The notes: a model not told the origin generated them from the letters alone. DNA of 59,213 nucleotides from a virus (IMGVR_UViG_3300033145_001323:1-59213); one strand, 5' to 3'. Shown: positions 19,039 through 29,515, counted from the first letter of the stretch. Translations and numbers: made by a program.

Positions 19039-19140
19039 ATTTTATTTTTAAAGTTCCCTAAACAAAACCCTTAATTTATTGCTTTAATTTACAACCTTAA
19101 TTAGTGTTCTTAATTTGTATTCCCAATTGGTTATTATAAT

Positions 19141-19344
19141 TTATATTACCAATTCATTCTTAATGTCAGCAATTGTTTTGACTTCTTTTACATTGACATC
19201 TATATATTCCCATTGCTCTTTGTAATCTGATTTTACAATTCGTTTTGCTTCTTTTTCTGCTTCTTTTTGATTTTTTGCATTGAGCATAAAAGTATAATAT
19301 GGGTATCCCTCGCCAATGTCTGCTTTGATTAAATAGTTTTTCAT
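19141..19344 (-). CDS. hypothetical protein
   Basis: SD AAGGAG. Confidence 0.55.
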   Translation of the reverse strand: MKNYLIKADIGEGYPYYTFMLNAKNQKEAEKEAKRIVKSDYKEQWEYIDVNVKEVKTIADIKNELVI

Positions 19345-19383
19345 TGTTTGTCATCTCCTTTCATTGTTTGTTATTTGCTTGTT

Positions 19384-19689
19384 TTAATCTTTTGTAATAT
19401 CAAAATTGTAAATTTCTGATAAAACAAATTGCCCTTCTTCTGTATCTTCTGTTAGATATTCATTGGTTGAGATAGATGATATAATATATTCATCATTCAA
19501 TGAAAATAGATATTTCAAATCATCTTTCATTATTTCTTTGTCTTTTGTGGCTTCGCTAATCCAATTCACCAAGTGGTCAATTTGGTCTTCTCTTGTAATG
19601 ATAACATAATCAACTTTTTCTTCTTGAAAGATTTTGTCATTAATTATTTTATCATTTATTTTATTTACTCCATTAATTTTATATTTCAT
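19384..19689 (-). CDS. acidic hypothetical protein
   Basis: SD AAGGAGGTG. Confidence 0.6.
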   Translation of the reverse strand: MKYKINGVNKINDKIINDKIFQEEKVDYVIITREDQIDHLVNWISEATKDKEIMKDDLKYLFSLNDEYIISSISTNEYLTEDTEEGQFVLSEIYNFDITKD

Positions 19690-19938
19690 TGTTATTCACC
19701 TCCTTTCAATTTTAATGTTTAATTTGTATTGTTAATTTGTGCACCAATGTGCACACTTTCAATTGATATTCAAATATTTTCAATTGAGAAACTTTATTTT
19801 TTCCAATTGAAAAAGCCCGCTAATTATTATTTACATCGTTCTTGCATGGCAAGTTGTTAAATGCATTAACAATGTATATTATCAACGGGCTCAATGCGTG
19901 GGCTATGAATAGCCGAACCATTAAGGCGGTTTTGGGCT

Positions 19939-20643
19939 TTATTTAGGCAGTTTTTGGGCTTTTAACGCTGTCTGGAGTCCTTTAGTGTGTCGTTTTATGT
20001 CTTGATTTGTTGTTTTACTATGCAACCATTCTAAACCTTTCAACCATTCTTCTGACATTGCTATCTTTTTTCTGGCTGTTCTGTCTTGTTCTTTCTTTTC
20101 AATTGCCTCAACATTTAGCCATCCAAAAAGTTTAAGCATTGGAATCCAATGGTCATCGTCAAAATCATATCCAGCACTCGGAATAAAGAGACAAGCCAAT
20201 GTGTCATCTGTCGGCTCAACAACCCCAATTCTTAATTTGTATAATTCGTCAATGCTATCCATTATCTTTTCAGAATCCACTCGGTCTTTTGCTTCAAAAA
20301 TAGTATTCCACATTGGATACCATCCTCGTTCTGACCAAAATTCGTCAATTTCATTCTGATATAATTCTTGCAACCAATCTCTAAACCCCTCTTGGTTATC
20401 TGGATAACTATTTTCAATGTGATAGTCATCATTTCTTCCTTGGTGAAATTCTATTCTCAATTCTTCTTCATCTTGATTGTCTACCCATTCATTAAGGATT
20501 GTCTCTTTACTTGGTTTTTGTATAAGTTCATTAAGAATATCCTCTCCAATGGCTTTTTTGAACAACCCTAGTCCAATTGAATTAAAACTTCTATCAAACA
20601 ATTGATTGGTTTTACTATAAACTGCCTCACTATATTTACTCAT
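19939..20643 (-). CDS. hypothetical protein
   Basis: 234 aa; YPMWNTIF..SAGYDF..HWIP. Confidence 0.7.
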   Translation of the reverse strand: MSKYSEAVYSKTNQLFDRSFNSIGLGLFKKAIGEDILNELIQKPSKETILNEWVDNQDEEELRIEFHQGRNDDYHIENSYPDNQEGFRDWLQELYQNEIDEFWSERGWYPMWNTIFEAKDRVDSEKIMDSIDELYKLRIGVVEPTDDTLACLFIPSAGYDFDDDHWIPMLKLFGWLNVEAIEKKEQDRTARKKIAMSEEWLKGLEWLHSKTTNQDIKRHTKGLQTALKAQKLPK

Positions 20644-20786
20644 AATTGTAAAAGAACCAATTACTTGCCAGAATTAGCTCTGACTGAGGAATAAACTCCT
20701 CACCATTGCCACTAAATTATTTTAGTAGCAATTCGTGAATAGTTAATAGATAATTAATTCTTAAATAGTCATTGATACTTAAGAAT

Positions 20787-21452
20787 TTAATCCATTGATA
20801 ATCCATATTTCTCTGAAAATACAATACTAAATTGAACGCCACCATTGTATCTTTCCATTTGAATTGCTTTCAGAAGGTCTTTAACTGTTTTGATTTCCAT
20901 TCTTACTGTCAATTGTTTATACCCGCAAAAATCCTTTCCTTCTTTTAGTTTTAATTTGTAATTGTTTAGATATTCTTTTAATTTATCTTTGTAATATGGC
21001 TCTTTAATATCTTTCAATCGCATAAATCTTTTCCTTCCATTTTCTTTATCCTCCAATGCAATATAAATACTAATTTGATGAAAATCATCAAAAATCTTTT
21101 CTAATGGCTTTGCTCTCTTAATTAGATTGGCATATTTCTTTAATCCCCTTTGTGTTATATCCATATAACAATCAACTAAATTTTTGTAATTGTTACCAGA
21201 ATGTTTTACTCCTTTTATTTCCAAACAGTGTCCAGCTATCAATCCAACCCATTCTGTAATCTTGTGCCAAATTGAATATGTCCATCCAAAACTTAAAATA
21301 TTCCAACTTCTTGCTCTTTTTCTTCCCTCATAGCAATTGTTGCTTCCAATTTCGTTTAGAACTAAATAATCCTTATCATATCCTTTTTCATTGCCAAGCT
21401 TATCTTCATTGATAAAATATGCTTTTTGTCTATAATCAATTTCATAACTCAT
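20787..21452 (-). CDS. hypothetical protein
   Basis: Start moved to MSYEIDY; GSNNCYE..RARSW. Confidence 0.65.
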   Translation of the reverse strand: MSYEIDYRQKAYFINEDKLGNEKGYDKDYLVLNEIGSNNCYEGRKRARSWNILSFGWTYSIWHKITEWVGLIAGHCLEIKGVKHSGNNYKNLVDCYMDITQRGLKKYANLIKRAKPLEKIFDDFHQISIYIALEDKENGRKRFMRLKDIKEPYYKDKLKEYLNNYKLKLKEGKDFCGYKQLTVRMEIKTVKDLLKAIQMERYNGGVQFSIVFSEKYGLSMD

Positions 21453-21659
21453 AATTTTGAAAGAACCAACCAATGACAATTGGCTTAGTTAAGAGATAAA
21501 TAATCTCAATCCATTACTTTAGATATCAATGGAATACTAAAGTAATGTCAGAAATCATTTGATTATTTACTTATTTTGTGCTTAATATGTCGTTCTGTGT
21601 TGCTCTCTGTGTCGTTTTCCTCCCTCTGTGGCTTGTTTATATGCTAAGGTAGTAGTTTA

Positions 21660-21878
21660 TTATGGCTTCCAATATAAATCTATATAATCGTAATACCAAT
21701 CACATATACCACTCATTGCAATAATTTCTGCAAGTGGAGATGTTAGTAACATAATCATTGCTCCAGTAAGGGTGATTGCAAACAAAAACACAAATGCATT
21801 TTTATACGAATTGGTTATTAATCTGCAATAATACAAGTCAATTGTAAATACTATTAATGTTAGAATTGTTATTTTCAT
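21660..21878 (-). CDS. small membrane protein
   Basis: Two hydrophobic segments. Confidence 0.5.
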   Translation of the reverse strand: MKITILTLIVFTIDLYYCRLITNSYKNAFVFLFAITLTGAMIMLLTSPLAEIIAMSGICDWYYDYIDLYWKP

Positions 21879-22341
21879 AGTTATTTTTATTAATTAGCAA
21901 CTCATTACTACTGGCAATAACCAATTGTCAGTAGCTATCAATGTCTAATCATTTCTTTTTCTTTTTTTCTTTTTTCCATCCTATTCCATTATCAATTCCA
22001 TTGCATTTTGGGCAACCAATAGAATCTCCTAATTTCCAAGTTGTTTTACATTCATCGCATTCCAATTCTGTATTTGGATCTTCACTCCATCTTTTTCTAC
22101 CCATAAATTATCACCTCCTTTCTAATTGGCAATTTATTGCTACTGGCAACTAATAACTGTCAGTAGTTACCAATGACTAATCATCTTTTTTTATTTCTTC
22201 AACATCAACCATATTCCAATTAATATCTTCGGCAGTTAATTGGGCTTCTTCTTCGTTTTCTGCTTCTACCTCATAAGAGTATTTATGTATTGTTACTTTA
22301 TATTTTTTCATTAATTGTCACCTCCCTTCATAATTGATTTT

Positions 22342-22581
22342 TTATTTTATCCAAAACTTCCACCAATGTTTTTTCTTGTAATATCCGCAATTACCATCTT
22401 TGTTCATTTCAATGTCTTTTTCCATTTTACCCATATAATCTTGATAAATTATATTTGGGTAATTGGGATTTGATTTATCCGTTTCGTAGTGTGGAGCTTT
22501 AATCCAACATTCTGGATAGAAAAAGCCGATTCTATAATACTTGCAGTTTTTACAATGTAATTTTTTCATTATTATTTCCAT
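22342..22581 (-). CDS. Cys-containing hypothetical protein
   Basis: CKNCKY..NKDGNCGYY..WWKFW. Confidence 0.55.
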   Translation of the reverse strand: MEIIMKKLHCKNCKYYRIGFFYPECWIKAPHYETDKSNPNYPNIIYQDYMGKMEKDIEMNKDGNCGYYKKKHWWKFWIK

Positions 22582-22750
22582 TCATTGATTTTTTGCCTAA
22601 AATAACAAATGTAGTTTTAATTACTTCTTTTACTTCTTTCTCTGATAATTTCATTTTAGCACCATTGTCTGTTGTTTTTTTTACCAACTTACCCAATTCA
22701 TCTACAAATTTTTCACCTAATTGTTTTTGTTTCTTTTGTATTATTGTCAA
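22550..22750 (-). CDS. hypothetical protein
   Basis: SD AAGGAGGTG before a TTG start. Confidence 0.5.
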   Translation of the reverse strand: MTIIQKKQKQLGEKFVDELGKLVKKTTDNGAKMKLSEKEVKEVIKTTFVILGKKSMNGNNNEKITL

Positions 22751-22768
22751 TTGTGTTCACCTCCTTTC

Positions 22769-23086
22769 TTATTTATTTAATGTAGGAATATTAAATTCAC
22801 TAATTGGTTTTTCCCCACAATGTAAATCACGCTCAATCCCTAATCCATATCCAACTTCAAGATTTTCCAATTCTTCTAACGAAAAACTACCCCACTCATC
22901 GCAATGGTCACCGAATAAGCTAGCATAACCAAAGAATATTTTTGTTTCTGGATTGTATTCGGTCGCAAACCAAGACTGACCACCACAAGGATTGAAAAAC
23001 TTGGCTACAACAATTGGGTCTTTTTTATCATCTTGACTACCAATTGTTTTAAATCTTTTTTCAATTGCTTTTGTCATTAATTTCAT
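22769..23086 (-). CDS. DUF2958-like protein
   Basis: VVAKFFNPCGGQSWFATEY..EWGSFSLEEL..IERDLH. Confidence 0.75.
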   Translation of the reverse strand: MKLMTKAIEKRFKTIGSQDDKKDPIVVAKFFNPCGGQSWFATEYNPETKIFFGYASLFGDHCDEWGSFSLEELENLEVGYGLGIERDLHCGEKPISEFNIPTLNK

Positions 23087-23156
23087 AATTGTCACCTCCT
23101 CTCAATTTAAACTTTCTATGTTGCCAATTGTTATTTACAACTGGCAATAACAGAGT

Positions 23157-23369
23157 TTAAAGATTGAAATGTGAAGCCCATTGGTCTAATTCCTCTAATC
23201 TTTCTCTAATTTCAATGTCTTTGTTATTTTGCCCATAATGGTTATATCCCTTTTTGACCAATTTACAGGTTAAAACAAACAATTCTTTTTGACCAAAATT
23301 CTCCCATATTCCCCCTTTCTTTTTTGCTTTTTCAATCATTTTCTCTTTGAAATTTTTTAATGTAATCAT
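23157..23369 (-). CDS. hypothetical early protein
   Basis: SD AAGGAGGTG. Confidence 0.55.
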   Translation of the reverse strand: MITLKNFKEKMIEKAKKKGGIWENFGQKELFVLTCKLVKKGYNHYGQNNKDIEIRERLEELDQWASHFNL

Positions 23370-23631
23370 AATTGTCACCTCCTTTTATAAACTTTTTTTA
23401 AGTTCCTCAACAATGTAATCCATTGCATTATCTTGCTCAATTGTATTTTCTAAATCCAATTCACAAATATAATCAGTTAACACTACCCTAACTTGACCAA
23501 TGACATCATCTAAATCTTGTTCAATTTGGTCTTTTAATATTTTTTTCATTGTTTTTCACCTCCCATCTTTAATTACTTAAGTCCTAAATCAATGACACGA
23601 TCGCATCCCTGAATACAATCGTGTCATCTGT

Positions 23632-23820
23632 TTAAGATTTAACAATCTTGATTTTTTTTCCACTTTTAACATACTTTTTAATTAGTTTTTTCCCTTCTGT
23701 CACCCAGCATTGCTTTTCGTAGTCGTAACCTAAAATCAATCTGCCATAGGGTTTAACAGATTGATTAAAAACAAGAATTGTACCATCTTTTTGAATGTAA
23801 AAATCTGGTGATGTTCTCAT
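23632..23820 (-). CDS. hypothetical protein
   Basis: 62 aa; SD GGAGG. Confidence 0.5.
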   Translation of the reverse strand: MRTSPDFYIQKDGTILVFNQSVKPYGRLILGYDYEKQCWVTEGKKLIKKYVKSGKKIKIVKS

Positions 23821-23822
23821 AA

Positions 23823-24008
23823 TTAGTCCTCCATAATTGTTTCGTTAATTATATTTCTAATTTCATTGTCAGCTCCTTCCCATGTGTCCCATAAAATAGA
23901 GGGTAATTTTTCAATTACTGTTCCCTTAATATCTTCATCATCATTTTTCATTGCTTCTCTTGTTAATTGACGAACCAATTTAATATTTTTCTTACCTATT
24001 GTTCGCAT
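23823..24008 (-). CDS. hypothetical protein
   Basis: 61 aa. Confidence 0.5.
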   Translation of the reverse strand: MRTIGKKNIKLVRQLTREAMKNDDEDIKGTVIEKLPSILWDTWEGADNEIRNIINETIMED

Positions 24009-24221
24009 TTAATTGTTAAGTTACAGGGATACTTTGTTTACCCATTCAATGTATATGCTGTGCACCAATGTGCATAAGAACATACATTGAATGACTAAAT
24101 GATTTTTCTGTTTTGCTTTATGTTTTGCCTTGCTTTGCTTTGCTTGCTCTCTTATCGGCTCATTTTGGGGCGTTTGGGGCTTGTTTTGGCGTTTCTGTGG
24201 CTCTTTTTTACTGTTTATTAT

Positions 24222-24258
24222 ATTCTATCACAACCCTCAAAATCTGTCCTGTGGATAA
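24222..24258 (-). promoter_or_regulatory. DnaA box plus extended -10 promoter
   Basis: TTATCCACA-N22-TAGAAT with TGn before the -10. Confidence 0.6.
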
Positions 24259-24339
24259 CTTTTTGTCAGCAATTAATAACAATAACAAGTTAGATAATTA
24301 ATTAGTATCGGATAATCAATTATCTAACTAATATTGCAA

Positions 24340-24792
24340 TTACTTTTCGTATTCTTTTATTTTTTCCCATAGTTCCTTATCGTATATTTCATCCCATTGC
24401 ATGTCTTCTTTAAAACATCTTCCACCGCCCACGCATTCAATCTCAAATGCTTTTTCCTCTCCCAATTTCTCTTTCAATTCCTCTCCATAACTTGATGAAT
24501 GACTCCTATCAATTACGCCTTCCTCTCCATCTGTATTTCTTACAAATTCAATCCAATCATCAAGCCCATCTTCTGTTTGTCCATCTTCAATTGCACCTTT
24601 CCAAAACTCTCTCATATTCTCTGGATCAAAATAACTTTCTACCCTTTCATTGTATTCATCCTCATCCATTGGAGACATTACACTCCCTGTGGCTCCTTTG
24701 AATTTTTTTGTCTCAAAAAACAGATAATCAAGAAAATAGTATTCATTGTCTATTCTCCCAATTAATATGCCATACTTAATTTCTTTCCTCAT
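24340..24792 (-). CDS. highly acidic hypothetical protein
   Basis: D/E-rich; KGATGS..ECVGGGRCF. Confidence 0.65.
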   Translation of the reverse strand: MRKEIKYGILIGRIDNEYYFLDYLFFETKKFKGATGSVMSPMDEDEYNERVESYFDPENMREFWKGAIEDGQTEDGLDDWIEFVRNTDGEEGVIDRSHSSSYGEELKEKLGEEKAFEIECVGGGRCFKEDMQWDEIYDKELWEKIKEYEK

Positions 24793-25029
24793 AATTGTTA
24801 AAGTGCCGATACTCACCAATTAAACTCTCAATTGATAATACAATAAGCCATCCAATTGTATTATCTATAAAAATTCAATGTTATTTTTTATGATTTATTA
24901 CTTGATATACTTTCCCATAATCATTGTCATTTCTGTTCTGGCTTCTGGCATACCAAATACCATCCTCATTGCCTTCCCATATAACAAATCCCTTTTTAAT
25001 AGCTGTATTGTAATTGATTTTGTCTATTT

Positions 25030-25257
25030 TCATTGATTTATCACCTCCACTTCTGGTTTACCACTTTGTTTTGTATAATATTTTTTAACTGGCTTTAATG
25101 TCGTTCCGCACAATTTACAAACATCTGAATTATACAATGCTTTATCTAATGTTCCTCCATTGCATTTTGGATTTGGGCAACGAACTTCATCTCCATTGCT
25201 ATAAACCTTTTTTGGCTTACCATTGAGCCACATTCTAATTGTTGGTGCTTTTTTCAT
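25030..25257 (-). CDS. small zinc-ribbon protein
   Basis: CPNPKC..CKLC; SD AGGAGG. Confidence 0.6.
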   Translation of the reverse strand: MKKAPTIRMWLNGKPKKVYSNGDEVRCPNPKCNGGTLDKALYNSDVCKLCGTTLKPVKKYYTKQSGKPEVEVINQ

Positions 25258-25283
25258 ATCATAACCTCCTTTTTTACTCTTTC

Positions 25284-25320
25284 ATTATAACACAGAAAAA
25301 TGATTTTTCCCTGTGGATAA
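25284..25320 (-). promoter_or_regulatory. DnaA box plus extended -10 promoter
   Basis: TTATCCACA-N22-TATAAT (TGT-TATAAT). Confidence 0.7.
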
Positions 25321-25609
25321 CTTTTGGCTTTCAATTGGATATTATTTGTGCACCATTGGTGCACTCATTTTTGCCGCCCAATTAAACTCCCTACAAAAAG
25401 CAAACAAAATTGTATCGTATAGCATTAAATACATTGAGAAGGGTGGGGACAGTCATCCCCACATTCTCCCCGAATAGTTTTAATTGGAGAATGTTTCGAC
25501 AGCTTCCTTCCATTGTTTGCTCTTTGTAGAGAATTAAATAATTCCCTTATGTTTGCCAACCAAATCAATTAACCTAGTATAATTTATTGATTGGCAACAC
25601 ATAAACTAA

Positions 25610-25867
25610 TTATAATTCCACCCCATCCAATGCTTTATCTAATAATTCGGTATTCAATTCTCCCATCATTTCAATCGCTTTCTTCATTACTGCCATAAAC
25701 TCATTGGCGAACTCAGTATTTTGATTTCCATAAGCACCCCAATTGATTGTCCATCTTTCATTAAGAAGGTATAAATCAATTTTTACCAATGGAGCTTTAT
25801 TAACATCGGGTAGTGTGTATAATTGGATACTGGTATCAAATTTATCCACTTTAATATCATATTTCAT
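25610..25867 (-). CDS. hypothetical protein
   Basis: 85 aa. Confidence 0.55.
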   Translation of the reverse strand: MKYDIKVDKFDTSIQLYTLPDVNKAPLVKIDLYLLNERWTINWGAYGNQNTEFANEFMAVMKKAIEMMGELNTELLDKALDGVEL

Positions 25868-26034
25868 TGATTTTACTAGGTATTAAGAACTTAATTTTAT
25901 ACCCCAATTTTACCATTCTATCAAGTTGTCAATTGTCCACCCATTTTCAATTAATATAAACAATTCAGTTATATTAAATAGCTATTTCAAATAATCAATC
26001 AGCAAGTAATAATCAATGTAATTTGCCGCCCATT

Positions 26035-26613
26035 TTATAAAACTCCCCAATCGTAATCATCAACATATCTAATAGCAATGTCATCTCCTCGCTTTAATGC
26101 TAATACCGATTGCTCAAAACTTCTTCCTGTCCCTTTCAATTCCTTGGTTTTGCCACCCATTTCAATCATAATCCCTTCCCCTATATAACTACTCCTCAAG
26201 AACTTACAATGGATTATAATGCTTTTCTTCATTGCTCTTCTGAACTTTCTTTTTTTGTTTTTTCGTTCTTGTTCTCTTTTTCTATCCTCACCCTCTAAAT
26301 CTTCACCCAAACACTCCCCCATCCCCTCATACCCCAAAACGCCAAGCATATTATCGTTTAATCCTGTAAACATCATTATATCGCCATTTTTAGCCCTTCC
26401 TGCCCTCTTTTTAATGGTTATCTTGGGTATTTTAGACCCTAATAATCCAATTATCCGCTTAACTGTGCCAACTTGCAATCGGTTATCATATAAGAAATCA
26501 GATATATCACTCCTTAGCAATTGATTTTTATATTCTATCTCCGATTGAAATGGAATATCCGATATTTCCATTTCCGATCGCCTCCCGAACTCCTTAAATA
26601 TTTTTATTTTCAT
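26035..26613 (-). CDS. hypothetical protein
   Basis: Probable start MKIKIF at 26613. Confidence 0.5.
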   Translation of the reverse strand: MKIKIFKEFGRRSEMEISDIPFQSEIEYKNQLLRSDISDFLYDNRLQVGTVKRIIGLLGSKIPKITIKKRAGRAKNGDIMMFTGLNDNMLGVLGYEGMGECLGEDLEGEDRKREQERKNKKRKFRRAMKKSIIIHCKFLRSSYIGEGIMIEMGGKTKELKGTGRSFEQSVLALKRGDDIAIRYVDDYDWGVL

Positions 26614-26981
26614 TGTTTTTATGCAGATTAGCAATTTTTCAATTGGCTTACATAAGCCATTCAATTATTGGCTTGATATAACCCCACAAAATTGGACACC
26701 AATGGCTTAACTGTGCCATTGATTTGTCCAGATAATTGCAAAAAACTTAAAATTCATCAAAAACAATGCAATTATCTTTTATTTTTGAAGTATAAAATTA
26801 AACAATGGCTTAGCAAAGCCAATTGACTGTTGTTATTTTTATACTTTACGGAAGCAATTACATTAAAAGCAATTGAAAATTGCTTTCCTTATTACTTACC
26901 GATTACCAACCTGCTGATTGATTATTCTATTATCAATGAACGCCTATCTGTTTATCTCTCGCTCTCCTGTGTTATAACTTT

Positions 26982-27018
26982 ATTATAACATAGAAAATAA
27001 ATATCTCCCTGTGGATAA
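26982..27018 (-). promoter_or_regulatory. DnaA box plus extended -10 promoter
   Basis: TTATCCACA-N22-TATAAT (TGT-TATAAT). Confidence 0.7.
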
Positions 27019-27073
27019 CTTTCGGCATTCAATTACATGTCATTAATTACTCAATTTGCCAGTCGCCTACAAT

Positions 27074-27529
27074 TTACACCGACAATTCAATTCCATGTTT
27101 ATTTAACAATCCCCTCGCTCTCTCAATGTCCAATTCCTTTTGCTCTTTTTCTGCCTTATCGTTAATTGATTTTAGCATTTTATCTGCCTCGTCTTTCATT
27201 ACATTGTTTAAATCCGTATAATCGTCAATTGATCTGTTTGCCATAAACCTCTCAAAAAACAATTGAGTATTCTCTGGCTCTTCAAAATATGTCTGGAAAA
27301 ATCCGAATTGATTATAATGTGCAATGTAGCCACAATGTAAATGCAGATGCTCGTACAATCGTTTTGTAAAATGTCGGAATAGAATTGGGATTGTATTCCC
27401 ATATTTGTCCTGCTCAACCTCTCCTTTGCTAATTGCTAAATGCTTCAGAAAAGCAATCCAATTCTTTAAAACCAATTGCTTTTCTTTAACTGTCATGAAC
27501 TCAACTTCCTTAAATTGATATTTTATCAT
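27074..27529 (-). CDS. hypothetical phage protein
   Basis: FTKRLYEHLHLHCGYIAHYNQFGFFQTYF. Confidence 0.7.
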   Translation of the reverse strand: MIKYQFKEVEFMTVKEKQLVLKNWIAFLKHLAISKGEVEQDKYGNTIPILFRHFTKRLYEHLHLHCGYIAHYNQFGFFQTYFEEPENTQLFFERFMANRSIDDYTDLNNVMKDEADKMLKSINDKAEKEQKELDIERARGLLNKHGIELSV

Positions 27530-27633
27530 AATTGTATCTTTCTCGAACCGCTAATTGAATAATTAGCGACTGGCATAAGCGACTCGCAAATTAAGTAATT
27601 ATCCCCTCATCCGACCAATTGCTATTGTTATTT

Positions 27634-27861
27634 TTAATTGCTGTTTGGGAAGTATTCCTTAATAAATTTCCCCCAACAATTGTCACAATACTCATTTGAA
27701 AATTCATTATTACAATTAACCATATCATCCAATTGAACTCCACAATCCTCACAGAATTTTCCTTTGTTTATAAGACTAGCTTCAATTGCTCTAACCTCTT
27801 CTGGATAATCAATTGTAAATCCAATATCCATGATAATTTCTTTTAATTGCTTATCTAACAT
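27634..27861 (-). CDS. small Cys-rich protein
   Basis: CEDC..CDNC. Confidence 0.55.
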   Translation of the reverse strand: MLDKQLKEIIMDIGFTIDYPEEVRAIEASLINKGKFCEDCGVQLDDMVNCNNEFSNEYCDNCWGKFIKEYFPNSN

Positions 27862-28054
27862 AATTATATCCTTTCTTCAGCCACCAATTAATTATTAATA
27901 ACAATTGATCTGGCAACTGATCGGATAAGGTGATTTATCTATTTAATTGACAATGTGCTTCTTAACTCCTCATTCTTGCCACCAATTGATTACTCTAATT
28001 ACTTAGTGGCAATATTAAAAGTTAATTGGAAACGGAAATATTCGATATTTCGTT

Positions 28055-28240
28055 TCAATTGACCCCGCAAAATTCCCTACATTCTTCAATTGACATCTCA
28101 TCGCCTCCGCAATCGCTGATAAAATCTTCTAAATTATTATGATATTCTGCTGCCATCTCAATTGCTTCTTTCTCACCATATCCCTTACAATCCACCATTA
28201 CATTGATAAAGTTTTCTTTTGTGTTCAATTGTTTTTTCAT
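28055..28240 (-). CDS. small acidic protein
   Basis: SD AAGGAGGTG; directly downstream of a promoter. Confidence 0.55.
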   Translation of the reverse strand: MKKQLNTKENFINVMVDCKGYGEKEAIEMAAEYHNNLEDFISDCGGDEMSIEECREFCGVN

Positions 28241-28266
28241 AATTTATCACCTCCTTTTTTATTTTT

Positions 28267-28303
28267 ATTATAACACGAAAAACAGATTTTCTCCTGTGGA
28301 TAA
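28267..28303 (-). promoter_or_regulatory. DnaA box plus extended -10 promoter
   Basis: TTATCCACA-N22-TATAAT (TGT-TATAAT). Confidence 0.7.
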
Positions 28304-28553
28304 CCTTTATGTTCAATTGTGCACCTGTGTGCACCAATTAGGAAATAGCTTTAATTATCTTTGTTTAGCTAATTATTAATTGATTAATAACTTGATAAAC
28401 AAAACAATTAGAAATGAAATATCAAATATTTCTATTTCAATTGATTTTTGGCTTTAATTATGCTATTTAATTGCTTAATTTGCTTCTTTAATTGTATTTT
28501 TTAATTTGTTCCTTTAATTAGGATCTTCCCTTTTTCATAATCCAATTGTTTTC

Positions 28554-28589
28554 TGTGAAACTTCAAAAATCTGTGAAACTCTGTGAAAC
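28554..28589 (+). repeat. three TGTGAAAC direct repeats
   Basis: At 28554, 28572 and 28582. Confidence 0.7.
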
Positions 28590-28717
28590 ACCCAGGCTCT
28601 AAAATATGCGATTGAATAACTGCCCCCAATCCAAAAAATACATTTTTGCAAATGTTTTTTATTTCTTATTATATCCCGCCAACCCGCCGCCGTTATCTGT
28701 AAAGATAATCGGATATA

Positions 28718-29098
28718 TTATAACTCAACAGGTTCCCACTTCAAGAAGAAAGTACTTCCCTGTCTTTTGATAGCTCTTTTTTTTATCCCTAACACCGTCA
28801 AGACGGTATTAATAGCGGTCAAATCCCCGTTGCTATGTCCTGCCTTTCTACTCGTTGGCAACTCTAATATTTCGGCTTCTTTTTTAACTACTCGTAAAAT
28901 AGGCGTCCCGTAGTGTGATAGCGTTAGCGTTCCTTCTTTGCTTATATTTCCCTCAAATCTTGGTTTTTCTGGGTTTCCATTATATAAAACAGAAGACGCT
29001 TCTTTATGTTGTCGGTAGTTTTTAATGTGGCTTGTTAGCTGTCCCGCAAGTGATAAATCACGAACTGCAAAAGTTTTTTGTTTTTTGTTTTTACTCAT
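28718..29098 (-). CDS. hypothetical protein enclosed by inverted repeats
   Basis: 126 aa; inverted repeats 28664-28697 / 29133-29171. Confidence 0.65.
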   Translation of the reverse strand: MSKNKKQKTFAVRDLSLAGQLTSHIKNYRQHKEASSVLYNGNPEKPRFEGNISKEGTLTLSHYGTPILRVVKKEAEILELPTSRKAGHSNGDLTAINTVLTVLGIKKRAIKRQGSTFFLKWEPVEL

Positions 29099-29323
29099 TT
29101 TTTTATAATAGTCATTAAAAAATTAATAAACTGATAACGGCGGATCGGCGGACTAACGGGATATAATAAGATAACAGGACGAAACGGCAAGCGATCAAAT
29201 ACTAATAAATAACTGCATAAACTTGAAAGAATAACCACTTAATAACTACACCATAAAACCAAACACAAACCCCCGCCGATACAAATATAACTACAACCCC
29301 GATTTTCTTTTTTGTTTTTAACT

Positions 29324-29515
29324 TCATAATAACCCCACTTCCTCATTTAGTTTTAAAAACTCTATCGCCTCGTCTGTGCTTAGATATTCCGTAAGGGTTA
29401 TTGTCTTGACTTCTGGGTGTTTAATGGTCATATATTTTCTATATGCTTTCTTTTCTAACTCTTCAAATCTCTTGACTTTTTTTAACAAAACCTTTGGCTT
29501 AAAATGTTTTAACAT
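29324..29515 (-). CDS. hypothetical protein enclosed by inverted repeats
   Basis: 63 aa; inverted repeats 29174-29198 / 29585-29609. Confidence 0.55.
   Translation of the reverse strand: MLKHFKPKVLLKKVKRFEELEKKAYRKYMTIKHPEVKTITLTEYLSTDEAIEFLKLNEEVGLL

Noticed and set aside
22769-23378. GTG starts from the ORF track (MTIM.., also MNIM.. at 13582 and MNTM.. at 17241)
   Set aside because: The GTG is part of the SD GGAGGTGA; the real ATG is three codons downstream.
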